A stretch of DNA of 64,000 bases from Takakia lepidozioides (lineage: Eukaryota; Plantae; Bryophyta): NCBI GenBank assembly GCA_030704615.1, contig CM060733.1, forward strand, positions 5,332,001-5,396,000, read 5' to 3'. The position numbers and the translations under genes are program-made. Positions within the stretch are counted from its first letter, which is position 1, and every line of letters begins with the position of its first letter. Shown in pieces: positions 27,800 to 40,507 of the stretch. The notes below the pieces were generated by a model. It was not told where the DNA came from. It saw only the letters and a list, made by a program, of their open reading frames with translations, and searched no databases.

Positions 27800-30700
27800 G
27801 TTGCAGGTTCTTCTGGAGCGTGTGTTCTGCACTGTACAGGGCATGGACGTATGAGCGGAAGCCGACGACATTCAGCAATTTGAGAGCCGGCTTATACGCC
27901 CTCTTCGACAAAATCTGCAAACACCGAAACCAGAACCTTTCAACAATAAGGACATCCATTGGAAGTGTGAAACGCAATATGGGTTTAGGGGGGTGCAAGT
28001 GCGTGTTAAAAAGGCCTGTATACCTTGGGATAGAGTTGTGGACTTCGTCCATGGAGAGGAGAGTGTGGAGGACTGTCCCACTCAATATTGGGTACATATG
28101 TACAGTAAAGTGGACGCCGGAGTGCGGAAAGCTCCCAGAGGGAACACCTTCTTGAGCAGTATCATGTGTGCACCATCCTCATTGTGGTTTAGGGATCTCA
28201 CTGCATTGTTGTTGTGATTTGTATTTGTCTCCGACTGTGGCTTCCATAAGTCCATAGGTTGATATTTTGGCTTTTGAATTCCATTTGATAGGTATCAATG
28301 CTGCTACGGACCCGACGACAAGCGCACGGTCAATGCAACTGTCGAGGATCCAAAACAAAAACGTGAAGGTCCGGATGTGGGTGCTGGCACTAAACACCCG
28401 CATAAAGGCCCAAGAAGGAAGAAGTCGGACTACGGAGAGTCGTACAAGCGTCGGTGCCTTCGTTGTTTCAAAGTGCAGCAATTTTATCTTGTCCCGGACA
28501 TTTGTGTCCTCACATACTACAACAACATGGAGCACGTCGATGCCCTAGGGAAACCCTCCCATGGCAAGACCGCAGAGTTCAGGAACACACGGGCAGCCTA
28601 CGCACCCCGCATTAGCCAGGAATTGAAAACCTGGGTCGTTGAATGTTTGTGTCGAGGCCTCACGGTCGCACAAATCATGATGGAACACAAGGAGCATGTC
28701 ATGAATAACACAGGTTTGGGAGATGCATGGACACGTGATGATTTCCTCCTCGAGCAAGATATCCACAACCTAGCTGAGAAACGGGCGTGGCAGACGTTCA
28801 AAAAGCATGCCAACGATGCCGACAGCGTCCGCATGTAGAAAGACCTGAACCCCGCATCAGTCTTCTTCTATCGAGAAGAAACATTGGCGCCAACCTTCAA
28901 GCATTACGATGGAGATTTGACATTCACTATTGGCATTCAAACTGAGTGGCAGAAGCAGAGAATGCTTCAATTGGGACATGCGCATATCGTTGCATGCAAT
29001 GCAACCTTCGGGACAAATCATCACAAGGTACGATTCATCCCTCTTACCATTTCTGCAAATCAATTGTTCGTAGGATGTTGCACATTGGAACCAACTGACA
29101 TAGTGACATAGTGCATCTGAACATTTCTCATTGTACACGTTGATGGTTTTCGACGAGTGGCTGAACGGTATACCAGTTGCATACATCATATCCACCAAGA
29201 ATAGGACAACAGACCTAGTGCCGTGGATGACAGCCTTGCGTGACCGACTCCACGTAGATATGCCGACCTGGCGACCCAATGCCTTCATTGTCGATGATGC
29301 GGACGCTGAAATCAACGTTATAAGGTGAGTTTTCCAACCTCAACAGACACCCACTGTCGAAGTCCTCTGGCATGCAACTGTCGTCATAGTGTGCTTTGGC
29401 AGAGTCTGTGGCAGAGTCGCGTGCGACAGTTCCCTAAGAGACTCGCATGCGCGAGTCTGCTGGCAGACTGGACTCGGACCAAGTCGCGTGGGCAAGCCCG
29501 ACTCGCCCGACCGAGTCGCTGGCAGACTTGCCCGGCCGAGTCCGCTGGCAGACTCGCCAGGCCGAGTCCGCCTGAAGACTCGCAGGGGCGAGTCTGCTGG
29601 CACCCTTCATGGGTCTGCTGGCAGACTTGGGAGGGGAAGTCACCCGCCAGACCCATAGGCAGTGTCTTGCGAGCAGTTCGTGTAGGGGTTGGTGTGGAGT
29701 CTGCTTTGGGCTACTTGGCGGGCAGACATGCCTGCGCCAGTACCCTAGCAGACTCGCATGCGCGATTCCGCTGGCAGACTCGACTCGGAGACTCCGCTGC
29801 CACACTATGTGGGCGAGTCCGCTTGCAGTCAACGAACCAACTCCGCTGGCAGACTTACGTGGGCGAGTCCGACTGGTACACTGAACGGGCCGAGTCAGCT
29901 GGCAGACTCGCCAGGCGGCGTCCGCCACAAGACTCGCAGGGCCGAGTCCGCTGCCACGCTTCATGGGTCTGCTAGCAGACTTAGGAGGGAGGTCGGCCCC
30001 CCACCACACCCAGGCAGGAGTGTCTTAACCAAGTCCGTTTAGGGGGTTGGTGTGAAGTTAGGGTTGTCTCCAGCACTCGGATGGTGTCTACCAACCGGAG
30101 TTCCTCTGAAGTGCCTCATGTGGATGTGTTATGTGCAGGGTTGCTTTCAAAGAGTCCTCATTTCCTGTGCATTTGGCATGTCCGCAAGGCATGGGTAAAG
30201 CAATCATGCCAAAAGACCAAAGATCTCGTCACAGCAGCAAACGTGTTGAAGGATATGGGAGACCTCATGTACTGTAGAGGTTGACCAAGCGATCCCAAAA
30301 AAACGCTTCTATGGGTTGCCAAAACAATCAAGGACATGAGAAAGAAATATCGGAATGCCCGGGAATTTTTTAAAGTACATCGACAAGGAATGGTCTCCTA
30401 AAATAGCAATGTGGTGTACTACTGCTCGTCATGTTCCACATGCCAGTCAAGACACAATGCTAGCAGAGGCATACATGGAAACTTGAAGGCTTAGACTTAG
30501 GATGGGGAAAGGCAAAATGACTGGTCGAAGAGTCGATTGGCTAATATGGGAACTCACGGGCCGCGTGCTCACACACTACTGGTTACGCAATTCATTTGAA
30601 GACGCATGCGTCTCCCATGACAAAATGACAAACAGGAGGAAAGTACATATCTAGCTCTGTGCTAGCGGCCAGGGACATTCCAGGAGCAATGTGACTCTAC

Positions 30701-31290
30701 CCTTGGTGGAAGGACAACCAGCGTATGTGCTAAGCAGCAATCACCCAGAAACTACCTACATTGTTTACAACCCTGGATCGGATTGGGCTTCTTGCACTTG
30801 CCCATGGGCAATGAAAGGAAATTTGTGCAAACACCAAGTGAAAGTGCTGAAGTTGCTTCATCCCGACTTGCAGGATGGACTCATAGTGCGTGCATGTGGC
30901 ACGGTGCTCGGAACCATACATGGAGGATTGCATAATCTGATGTTGGATACAACGACTGTCGCGATAGACAGACCTGTGGAGGATTGTGACTTTGCACCCC
31001 TCGAGGAACCCGTCTACGTCCCACTGAGTATGGCCGAAGAATGGTCAGATATACTTCATATTGTGCGTGATGACAAGTACCTCGAGACACATGTGTTGTC
31101 ATGCCTTCGAATCTGTAGAGGGCAGCTTGTTGATATCCTGGCCAAAAGTGCTGCTGGGATGCTACATCCTCGTGCAGCAAAACCTTTCCGACCTGTTGAC
31201 GACAATAATAATTTGTCTCTGAAAAGGAAGAGGATTTTGTCGAAGCATGGAAAACCCGACCAGAGTCTTGCGGAGAATGCGCAATAGGGT
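27800..31290 (+). mobile_element. Decayed Mutator-like (MULE) DDE transposase with SWIM zinc finger, intron-containing
   Basis: IPWDRVVDFVHGEE, YQCCYGPDD, ESYKRRC..F, IGIQTEWQ...(D>N)ATFGTN, YTLMVFD...GIPVAYII, FIVDDA, CIWHVRKAW (CxxH), SWIM CTCPWAMKGNLCKH. Stops at ~28836 and ~30282 plus frameshifts. Confidence 0.88.
29390..30040. repeat. Palindromic minisatellite (GAGTCTGCTGGCAGACTC-type units) within a MULE intron
   Basis: Many GCAGACTCG / CGAGTC(T/C)GC units in both orientations between the donor at 29325 and the acceptor at ~30139. Confidence 0.85.
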
Positions 31291-31839
31291 GTATGCCCCA
31301 ACACCTGCAACGAAAATGTACTCTAGAATTGTTAAGATTTAAGACCGTTTGGCGGGACCCAAGTAGACAACATACTCACACAGCAAAACAATGTTACGCC
31401 ATCATATTCCATGCAGAGAAATAAAAGGTCCACAATCTGCTTGAGAGTGCATACATGTTTGCATCATTAACAGTCTGCAAGTGCATTCCATCAGAGCTCA
31501 AAGCGCCCCAACGTCCAGTTGCGGATGCCCACTCTTCGGCAAGACTTCCTACGTGGATCACAGGCAGGAGAGTCTGTTACAGACGGATCACAAGCACGAG
31601 AGTCTGTTGTAGATGAGGCTATGTTGTGGTTCTCGTATGTAATGGAGCGTGTTGTCTTTGACATTGTCTTGCACAAACCAGACATGTTCAGAGTATTGTG
31701 GTCTGGCTCGCCGCATCACGGCCGCAGTTCCGCGCTTGCCCACCTTGATTCCGCACTGCTGGACCGCCAAATTAAGGACATCGGACTCGTTGGAAATCTG
31801 CTGGAAGGTACTCGCGCGCTGCTCTATCTCATTCACTGC

Positions 31840-31850
31840 TCCCCCCCCCC

Positions 31851-31896
<46 letters not shown>
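31840..31896. repeat. Long poly-C tract
   Basis: About 56 C with one interruption. It produces spurious poly-Pro/poly-Gly ORFs. Confidence 0.95.
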
Positions 31897-31898
<2 letters not shown>

Positions 31899-32854
31899 CC
31901 AATCCTCCACCGCATTTGTTTATATCATTTTTTGTGTTCCATGCAGGGCGGATAGCGGGACCTGGAAATCGCATGTTGAGTGCTTTCGACTCCCTTGCCA
32001 GGGTTGCCAGAGAGGTTGTCCTGGCTGTGCAGGGTCATGAAAACCAGGGGACTGTCCGTAAGGCTGGCCAGGTCTGACAGGCTAGGGGGAGGTCTCAGGG
32101 GACTGCCGGGGATTTTCATCGGACTGGTATGCAGACTCAACAGACTAGTTTGAAGTCTCAGCAGACTGGTATGGAAATTGAGCAGACAAGACATGTCATG
32201 GAGCAGACTGCCTTGGGAAATCAGCAGACTACCGTGGAGTCTCGAGAGGCCTGTGACCAGGAGACTCGCAAACAGACTGAACAGAAGACTCAGGATGACA
32301 CTGAAAAGAACACTCCCATTGCGAAACAGCATTGCCAGAAGACCCAGAAGACCTCACATCAGACCTCAGTGGAGTCTGCTGAACAGTACCCTCCACAGAC
32401 TGTCCTCCACGACTTGCCCACAACATTTGTTACTGAGTCTGTTATAACGGGACAATGGCACATTCAACGGCCTGACCAACAGTGGATGTCTGAGCATTTG
32501 ACCCAATTGAAACGGACATCATCTGCCCAACCTAACTTCTTAATGGCTGCCAACCCTTTGTCAACGGTGCCAGAATCGACTTTCCCCCGCCGGATAAGTT
32601 CACCCACACACTTTGGCCCACACGATGTAACTATGCCCCGGAGACTATAGATGACTCCCACGCCCAACAGAGTATCCGCAAGACTGCCCAAGAGTCTGCT
32701 CCTGTGTTTGAAAATCCCTTGCACCAGACTCCGCATTACTCTGCCCAAGAGACTACACACATGTCTGCTCAGACGAGTTCACAAGACTCTGGTCAGCACA
32801 CAGCACAAGACTCCGCCGAGGTGACTACCCTGCTTAGAGAGTCTGTCCGGAAGA

Positions 32855-33095
32855 CTGCAGCAGACTCTGCCCACCCAACTGCACATGAGTCTGCCCAGGT
32901 GACTGCAGCAGCAGACCCTGCCCACCCGACTGCGCATGAGTCTGCCCAGGTGACTGCAGCAGCAGACCCGTCCCACCCGACTGCGCATGAGTCTGCCCAG
33001 GTGACTGCAGCAGCAGACCCGTCCCACCCGACTGCGCATGAGTCTACCCAGGAGACTACAAAAGCAGGCCCTGCCCACCGGACTGCGCATGAGTC
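32855..33095 (+). repeat. 48-bp tandem repeat (about 5 copies) reading as the 16-aa unit ADP(A/S)HPTAHESAQVTA
   Basis: GCAGCAGACCC..CCCACCCGACTGCGCATGAGTCTGCCCAGGTGACT repeated, in frame within ORF 32704-33159. Confidence 0.9.
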
Positions 33096-34029
33096 TGTCC
33101 GGTTGGCTTTTGTAGACACACCCCAACAGACTGTAGCAAACAATTCCCTGCAGAACTGAACAGATGACTGTACTTGATTTTTCCAAGGAGACTTCTTCAA
33201 AGTATGTCTAGCAGACTCCTATACAGCCCGCCCATAAGAGTTTCAATGAGGCGACAGTTGAGGACGTCCGCAAGCAGACTTTGCCTTCGCCGTCTCCGTC
33301 TGCTCCTACTCCTGCCAATGTTGGGTCAACAACAAAGACAGACAGTCTGCTCACACTGCCCGATTCTCGTGTTAGTTCAACGCATGTCATTCGTGAGGCT
33401 GCGAGGACTGGACCGGCAAGTGCCAACAAACCGACTGACACTCTTCTGCTGCGCAGCAGAGCTGCAATATTGCGGTAGTCTGGGCAAGTCGTCCCAGGCA
33501 TTGCGGTAGAGAGCGCCTCCGTCCGAGCAGAAAGAGGAAAAGCCCAAAAACGTCCGGTCGTTGAGGCGGTCAAGGAGACTAGAGAGGGTCATGTTCAAAA
33601 GAGACCAGCCAGGAAAGGCAAGTCAGATGTGTTTATGAACAAGGACCGCCGATTGTGTTTGGACATGGACAAGGAGGTGGCAGAGTTATTGGCGTCGAAG
33701 AAGTAAGTCATATGTGTCTGCTGCTTGGTCGTGTTCTTTTAAAGTTGCCTTTGCAGGTATGTATTTTCTGGCAGTCTATTGGCTTCTTGTCTGCAGTCTT
33801 GTAAGGTCTGTACTCGGTCTGCTGTGACTGTGACCCACAGTTGTGTTTGTCGACTTTGTCGATTGTCAGGTCTGTTGTTCGGTCCGCTGTGACAATGCGC
33901 TCCACTGTCCGAATGTCCAAATGTCCATTGTCCGATTGTCAGGTCTGTTGGTCGGTCTGCTAAGAGTCTTCCTTGACTTTGGTTTCTGGACTTTCTGGTA
34001 ATTCAGTTTCCCTTATCGGTCTGCTAAGA

Positions 34030-35176
34030 CTATGCAGCAGACTGATGTTTTTGGACATTGTGGAATGAGTGATGTCTTGGTGGGGTCTGACTGTATGTGC
34101 AGGATTGAAAGTCGTTTCCGGCGATTGATGTCCATACATGTAGCTGTTGGGAATAGGATGGTGTATTTTTTCGAAGGAGACTCGCGGTTCCAATGTGGCA
34201 TTGTGCCGGAAGACCTAAAAGCACTGAACGTGGTTGAGTCGGAGTGCTCGGAGAGACTTTTGGATGTCTGGTGTCGTTTTTTCGAGAACACCCTAGACTC
34301 AAGGACGTATGGCACTGTCGCTCTTTTGCCAACGTCGACGTGGTCTGTTTTCCAGACTTTCAACACAGCCCCACGCGAAACTTTGGTGGCAAACCTTGAT
34401 GGTGCCTTGACTCCTGCGCGACTTGGCAAAGACATTAAAGACTGCACTCATATATTGGTGCCGGTCTTGCAAGGATAAGACCCGACGGACTTGTTGCACA
34501 TTTTCCTGTCTGCTGAATGTTGGGTCTTCTGTGTGTGTTCGACCTCATGGTCTGTTCGACTGTCGTGTGAGTTGAACGTCATAGTCTGTTTGACTCCTGC
34601 ACTCTTGGACTGTTGGTCTGCTGGACTGCTAGTCCGTTGCATCTGTTGGAGTGTTGTGTGTGTTCGGCAGTTGGCCATTTGGACAGCCGAGTATGTTTGT
34701 CTGTTGGTCTGCAGAGTCTGTTGGGTTTGGGACTAATGAAATTGTGGGGCATGTTCATTTTTACATTGAAGGTGCCACAAGAGCGTCATTATCATCGACC
34801 TAAGGAAAGGCGCCTACACCCACTTGAACTCCTGGAGGGAAATGCATACTTACGTACAGCTCCTTGGTTGGATTTGGAAGGTGCATGCAGGGTGCTTTGG
34901 ATATGTTGTTGGGACTCCACAATGGGATGAAGTAATGGCATTTCAGTTCAACTCTCCCGAAGTGCCCCAACAACCTTTCGGGAGTGTGGGTTTTACGTGA
35001 TGTCTTTCATTGAAGGGTATTACGACTGGCTGAAAGGCGATAGGCAGAAAACCAAAGAGAGAGGACAAGCCTTCACACCAAGGTGGTTTAATTTCAGGTT
35101 TCCGTTACTGCAACGATTACAGTGTGTAAAGTATATTCGTCGTGGTTTGGACGATGCAGAAAAACTGCTCCCTTGA
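34030..35176 (+). pseudogene. Ulp1-like (C48) cysteine protease remnant associated with the MULE
   Basis: HILVPVLQ|CHKSVIIIDL...THLNS...EVPQQPFG(fs)CGFYVMSFIE gives the His, Asp(>Asn), Gln and Cys motifs in C48 order. Intron ~34473-34771. Confidence 0.7.
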
Positions 35177-35789
35177 GGAAATAAATATATACATTCAATG
35201 TTGTTTCAATTCACATTCTGAATGTATGTAATATTTTCTGAGATGAAGGCCTACATGCACTCATACTGTTCCTACCTATGCAAGTTCGTCAAAAGGCCGA
35301 ACAATACAGTCTAGTAGACAACCACCCCCACATCCTCACTTAGGCAGACTCCTTGGTTCTACTATTAACTGATGTTAGCAGCCTACAACAGTCTCCGTCT
35401 GTTTGACCAGTCTGTCGCGCAGTCTGCTGGCCGCTAAGCAGTCTGCCGGCTAGTTTATTGCATGATGAGAAGTCTGTCGTGCAGTGTGCTGGCCGCTCAT
35501 CAGTCTGCTCGGCAGAGTGTGTGGCACTTTGATGCATAGTTTATTTGTGTGCAGTTGGGCTCCGTGTCTGGGCGAGTGCGCTCCGTGGGAGCAGTCCGAT
35601 GGACAGTGCAGAAGACCACACAGTCACTCCATATTGTATGTCTGCTGGACCACCCAGTCTGTTAGCCAAAAACCATCAGCAGACTTGGCAGTGTTATTCG
35701 GTACTTGTGCAGTCTGCTTAGTAGTTTGTTTGGCCATTTCCGCGGGTCTGTTGAGCAGAATGCCCATTCTCAAATGATAACTGTGCCTT

Positions 35790-37985
35790 AGATTTTTCCG
35801 TTCTAAGACTTCTTTTGTGCCTCCAATTCACTTCTCCTTCTTCAAATTCAAGGGGGGACCGTTTGGCTCCTATGGAGCTGCCAGTAGGGTGGGCGGTCTT
35901 CGAACCACTGAATTCTTGACTCTGAAATCCGTCTGCAAAGAACCCTCCCCTCCCCCACGAGCTGTCAAATGTTGCAACGAGCTGGTTTCTCCTTATGTTA
36001 TTACACCTGGAAAGAGCTGCCACCAAAACATCCCATGCCTTGCGAGCCTCAGACAACATATCTGAGTGAACTAAGAACAAAAGTTTATGCAAACAGGGAA
36101 TTGAATTTTGGAAGAGGGTAGAGCATCTCATTTTCTAGATATGCCAGAGAGTGATGCCTCTAAGAGCAACCCAAACAGGGCAAGAGCAGAAGGATCTGCC
36201 ATCCTTGATATTGAGAAGAAGAGCAGAAATGGGGTATATGAGATCCCTGTCCCAAGAAGAATAAAGGGAGATAGCACGAGCCCAAATGGGCAGGACACTA
36301 GGCAATGTTCCAGATCCTCAGGGGCGTTTCTATTGCATGTGGCACATTTCAAAGGAGGGTCAGAGATGTAGTGTCCAACTGGAATTATACGATTGGCGAT
36401 TTTCCAAAGAAAGGCAGACACTTTGGAAGATCTCTGCTTTCTCCATATGTCTACCCATACCAGTTTCCATTGAATCGGTTGTCCGCCAAGGTGAGCCCAT
36501 TTGTTTGACCATTTCCTGTCAAAGGTTTGATTGGGCATCAGTAGAGAATATCCTATCTTAACCGTATAAGAGAAGAAGTGATCCTTGTTTTTGCTCATCC
36601 AATGCCACTCTCCTGGGTCAAATTGCAATTGACCGACAGGAGCCGATAGGAACCAAACGAAGAAGCCATTGTAAAGATGGAGCTCAAGCGGGGGGGGGGG
36701 GGGGGGGGATCAGCTTTACCCAAAATTGAGCAGAATACTCTAATGTCATAGCAGTCCGACCTGGCAGGAAGCTCGAAAGGCTGGGGATTAAGGAGAAGAC
36801 CATCACTTGCCACACTGAATCTTGTACCAAAAATGTGGTTAGGATCAATGGATGTGGTATATAGCGCAAATTTCTCCGAAGCCTGGGAGAATCCCAGCCA
36901 TCTAGGAACAGATCTCAAGTGTCGATTTGCCAACTGAGTCCAGATGGGGGGGAGGTCTTCCAAAATTGTGCCCCAACCAGAAGCCACTCTTCTTAGGGAG
37001 AACCCTGCTGCTGCTTCTTCCATGGAAATAGGCAAACCAGAATCTTGGTTCCAAAAATGCAGCATGTGCGACAAACCCGCTGCTTCCCAATGAGACCATC
37101 TTTCAGAACAGTACACCAAGGTCTCAGAGTCCCTGTTGAAGTTTCCGAAAAGAGGCTGTCTTATTACTTCACCATAGGAGGTGGGTTGCAGCTGATAGAA
37201 GGAGTCACAGAGCCTACACCAGGAAATCCATATCGATTGCCAAGCTTTGGATCCAACAGCAGGTCTGGCGTTCGTTTTTCCTCCTTGCACAGTCCATCTT
37301 AGGGATGGAGGGCAACACAGGCTTGTTTTAGGCACCGCTGCCATCAAATGGTTCCTCACCAATTTACTCCAGGGACTGGATAAGTTGGTGAAAACCCTCG
37401 GCACCCATTTAGCCAGCAATGTTGTTATCTGCGACTCTGGATCAAGCACTCCAAGACCACCATGTTTTATTCCCTGGCAGATCTGAGCCCAACTAACAAG
37501 TGCTCTTTTATTAGGTGCAGCATCCCTTGCACCCCAGATAAAATTCCGAGTCAGAGATTTTAGCTTCTTGATGAAGGATGCCCCCGGTGACCATACAGAG
37601 GAGGTGAACCAAGAGGAAGCCAGTAGTATTTGACTGGCCACCAAGGCTCTCCCAACCACCGTAAGGTGAAGTGAATTCCAGTATGCAAATCTTTTTTTCG
37701 GCTTAATTAGAACAGCTTCTACCCTGCTGTCATCTGAGATGTCAATCCCAATCTGATGTCCCAGAGATTCGTGGGTCTGGCCCTCAGCAAGCCACTTTAA
37801 CCCCAAGTCATCTCCCCATGGATCACAATGTTTCATAATGGCATTTGCTGGCAGCTGACTAAGAAGGCCGATAGATTTGCCCCAGTTTATCTTCAGGCCG
37901 GAAGCTTCACAAAAGCTATTAAGGGAGCTAAGAGTGGAGGAGACATTGGCAGAGGATCTATTATCTATGTACAAGGTAGTCTCGT
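35790..37985 (-). mobile_element. 5'-truncated L1-clade LINE (ORF2 from the end of RT through the zf-RVT region)
   Basis: TTLYI...FCEASGLKINWGKS, GRALVASQILLAS.W, RNFIWG, LVSWAQIC..IKHGGLGVLD, KVSAFLWK, CATC...EDLEHCLVSC. Frameshift near the poly-G at ~36690-36708. No poly-A tail seen. Confidence 0.9.
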
Positions 37986-40507
37986 ACATAGATAGTAGCG
38001 TCAGCATGTACAAGACTTTTGTGAGAGAGTGGGCTTCATTGAGCAGATAGTTGAGTCTCCCATGGATTTCATTGTAACGAGGGCAGGAAAAGAAGTGAAA
38101 AGAACATAGAAAGAGAGAATGAAGGTACTCTTTTTGGAAATTCTGCATTACGTGATTGGAAAGAACAGGAAGGCTCCATAACCTCAACTCAAGCGTCAAG
38201 GCTTTCCGTCGCAACTCACAACCTATATGGCAGGGCTTGCATGGATTACGTGCATTTGTTTTTTGCCAAAAAAGGGCCGTTGCCATGTTGTTACACCAAA
38301 AAAAAAAAAAAAAAAAAGAACGGAATACCCGCCCAACACTGGTTAGGTAGCCTAGGGACATAATGTATTGGATAAATGCATTTGCAGTAACCAGATTCTA
38401 TTCTTCAACTTCCATTCGAAACCATTGCTTGTAATGTGAGTGAAGAGTCTTTGAGTTATCCACAATAATAGTACATAAGTTAACTGGGGTGACAGGGCTT
38501 GAATTGCTGTGGACCTTTTAAGAAGAAATGATACATGATAGAAATGGATGCATGCCGATGGTCGAGGTGCATCCTCGGCTCATGAGATGGGGCCACAAGC
38601 GCCCCAAACGAGGAGGAGGGAGGCATTTTGTTTTTTTTGTTCATTTTAATATTTCTGGGGACAGAGGCCTGGAAACTTTATTATAATAATTATCTGAGGG
38701 TAAAAAATTAAAACCCTCATGTTCTTCAAACTGAAAATTTTAAGATTTACGCAGTGCGCGCACTTTATGAAAATGTATATAAAAGTCTTAAATATTGAAA
38801 AGCTACTTATTGAAAAACTTTACTGCTACCCTATGTTTCTGTCGAGTCTTTCCTTGAAAGGGTATGGTTGCAATTCATAGCGGGAAAGGAGTTCTTTAAT
38901 GAGGCCACGAAAGGAACGTTTTGATAAGATCGCGAGCTCATCTTTTGGGAGGTGACACTCCAGGACCATTACTCCTCATCTTCTTCTCTCTGCCACCACT
39001 GCCACATCGTACAGTACAGCAGTGAATAACTGCAGATGTACCCTCACAGTTTGCTATGATTATCGCTATCATAGGCGGGTACCTACTCCTGCTCTTCTTT
39101 GCCAAATCTTGTTGCGTGAAGCTTCCATTGGATCAATGATCTTCCTCCCAGGCAGATGTGTAGATGCCCTTGTGGGACCTCGTTGACCTTATACGGGCTG
39201 TACCGGGCGCCAACCCCTATAAAGGTTGACAGACTAAGGTACTCGAGTGGAATTCTCTGACACATGCTGGGCCACCACCACCCCCACCAAGGTCGCCGAG
39301 TGGGGTCCAGGCCAGGTGGCTTCTAGCATCCTAACATGGCAACAGTCAACTCGCTCGAGTTATGGAGGTTGGGACTTTGGTCATGAATTGGGTGGAGAGA
39401 CGACGAGAGTGGGTGTTAGGTGAATCGGTTGGCAGGTATATACCATATCTTTGGAGCTTTGACTTTAGGCCAGTTAATGCTACCGGTTCCCAGGCCACTA
39501 CCTGTACAGTACTGGGCCGAGCCTCTTTATGAAGTAAAATCCCTCGGGGAGGGGGACGGGCTTCCACATCTCTAGCAAAGAATTGGCAAAAACAAATTCT
39601 CTCAACAGACTGAAGGAGAGTAACTGAGTTATGGGGGAATTGCATAATTCCTTCCACTGGTTGGTTCCAGAAATGAGGATGGGAATGGTTCTCGGGTTTG
39701 TTCAATATCTACACCACCTAATAGGTATTGTCATAATGAAAATGTGCCTTCCAGTTCTTGTTCTCTCGACTCTCAAACAGAAATCGTGCTTTACATCATT
39801 GAATCTTATTCCAACTATTGGGAAGGTGGTGGCAAGAGAAGGCAGGAACACAGTGGCTCAAATACTCCTGTAGTTTTGAATGTCGGACCAACAAACTGAT
39901 GATGCCTCTGCATTCAGTCATGAGGAAGAAGTCTTACCTGTCTGCGATGGGAATTGAATAGACCTTGTCTGGATTCTGAGAGGAATCATATCTCACAATA
40001 CAAGGAAACTGGTTGATGGCCTTAAAATATTAAGGACAAATAGAACCAAATGGCCACTGCAAGCAAGGCGGTCAAGCACAAAGTGGTCAGTCATGGAGCT
40101 GCGAAGCCACTCAGCTTCTGGAGATTTTTGTCATCAAGTTCGACCTTGGTTCTTCCTTTCTACAATGTCCCAGCATATCACACTTGAGCCAAATAACTGT
40201 CAGGTGCTTTGCACCTCTGGTCAAATTTTGAAATGCCCTCTTCATGCGTGACAAGATCCTTTCACAATTTTTTGTGTCTACACATGTTTTTGTACCTGGC
40301 AACCCTCTAACAGACCATTCCGCACTGCGCAACCATCAATAAGGGCCTGGTGCATTTAGCCAAGGGAAAATTTCCATGCCTGACAATACTTACACCTACA
40401 CACCTACACCTTTGGAAACCTAACCTCATGGCTACCAGACCAAGCAACAGCAAAGCCAGCATTCATCAATTGCTTGTTGCTGCAGAGCTTGCATTGCTCA
40501 GTTTGCA

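Noticed and set aside
29325-30042. Several 90-216 aa overlapping ORFs
   Set aside because: Stop-poor palindromic minisatellite inside an intron, with no protein signal.
31519-32077. Poly-Pro / poly-Gly proteins (formin- or extensin-like)
   Set aside because: Produced by a poly-C homopolymer in all frames, probably intronic.
36595-38361. 588-aa ORF as a single host gene
   Set aside because: It is a LINE ORF2 fragment read through into unrelated upstream sequence, including a poly-T-derived FFFFFF stretch.
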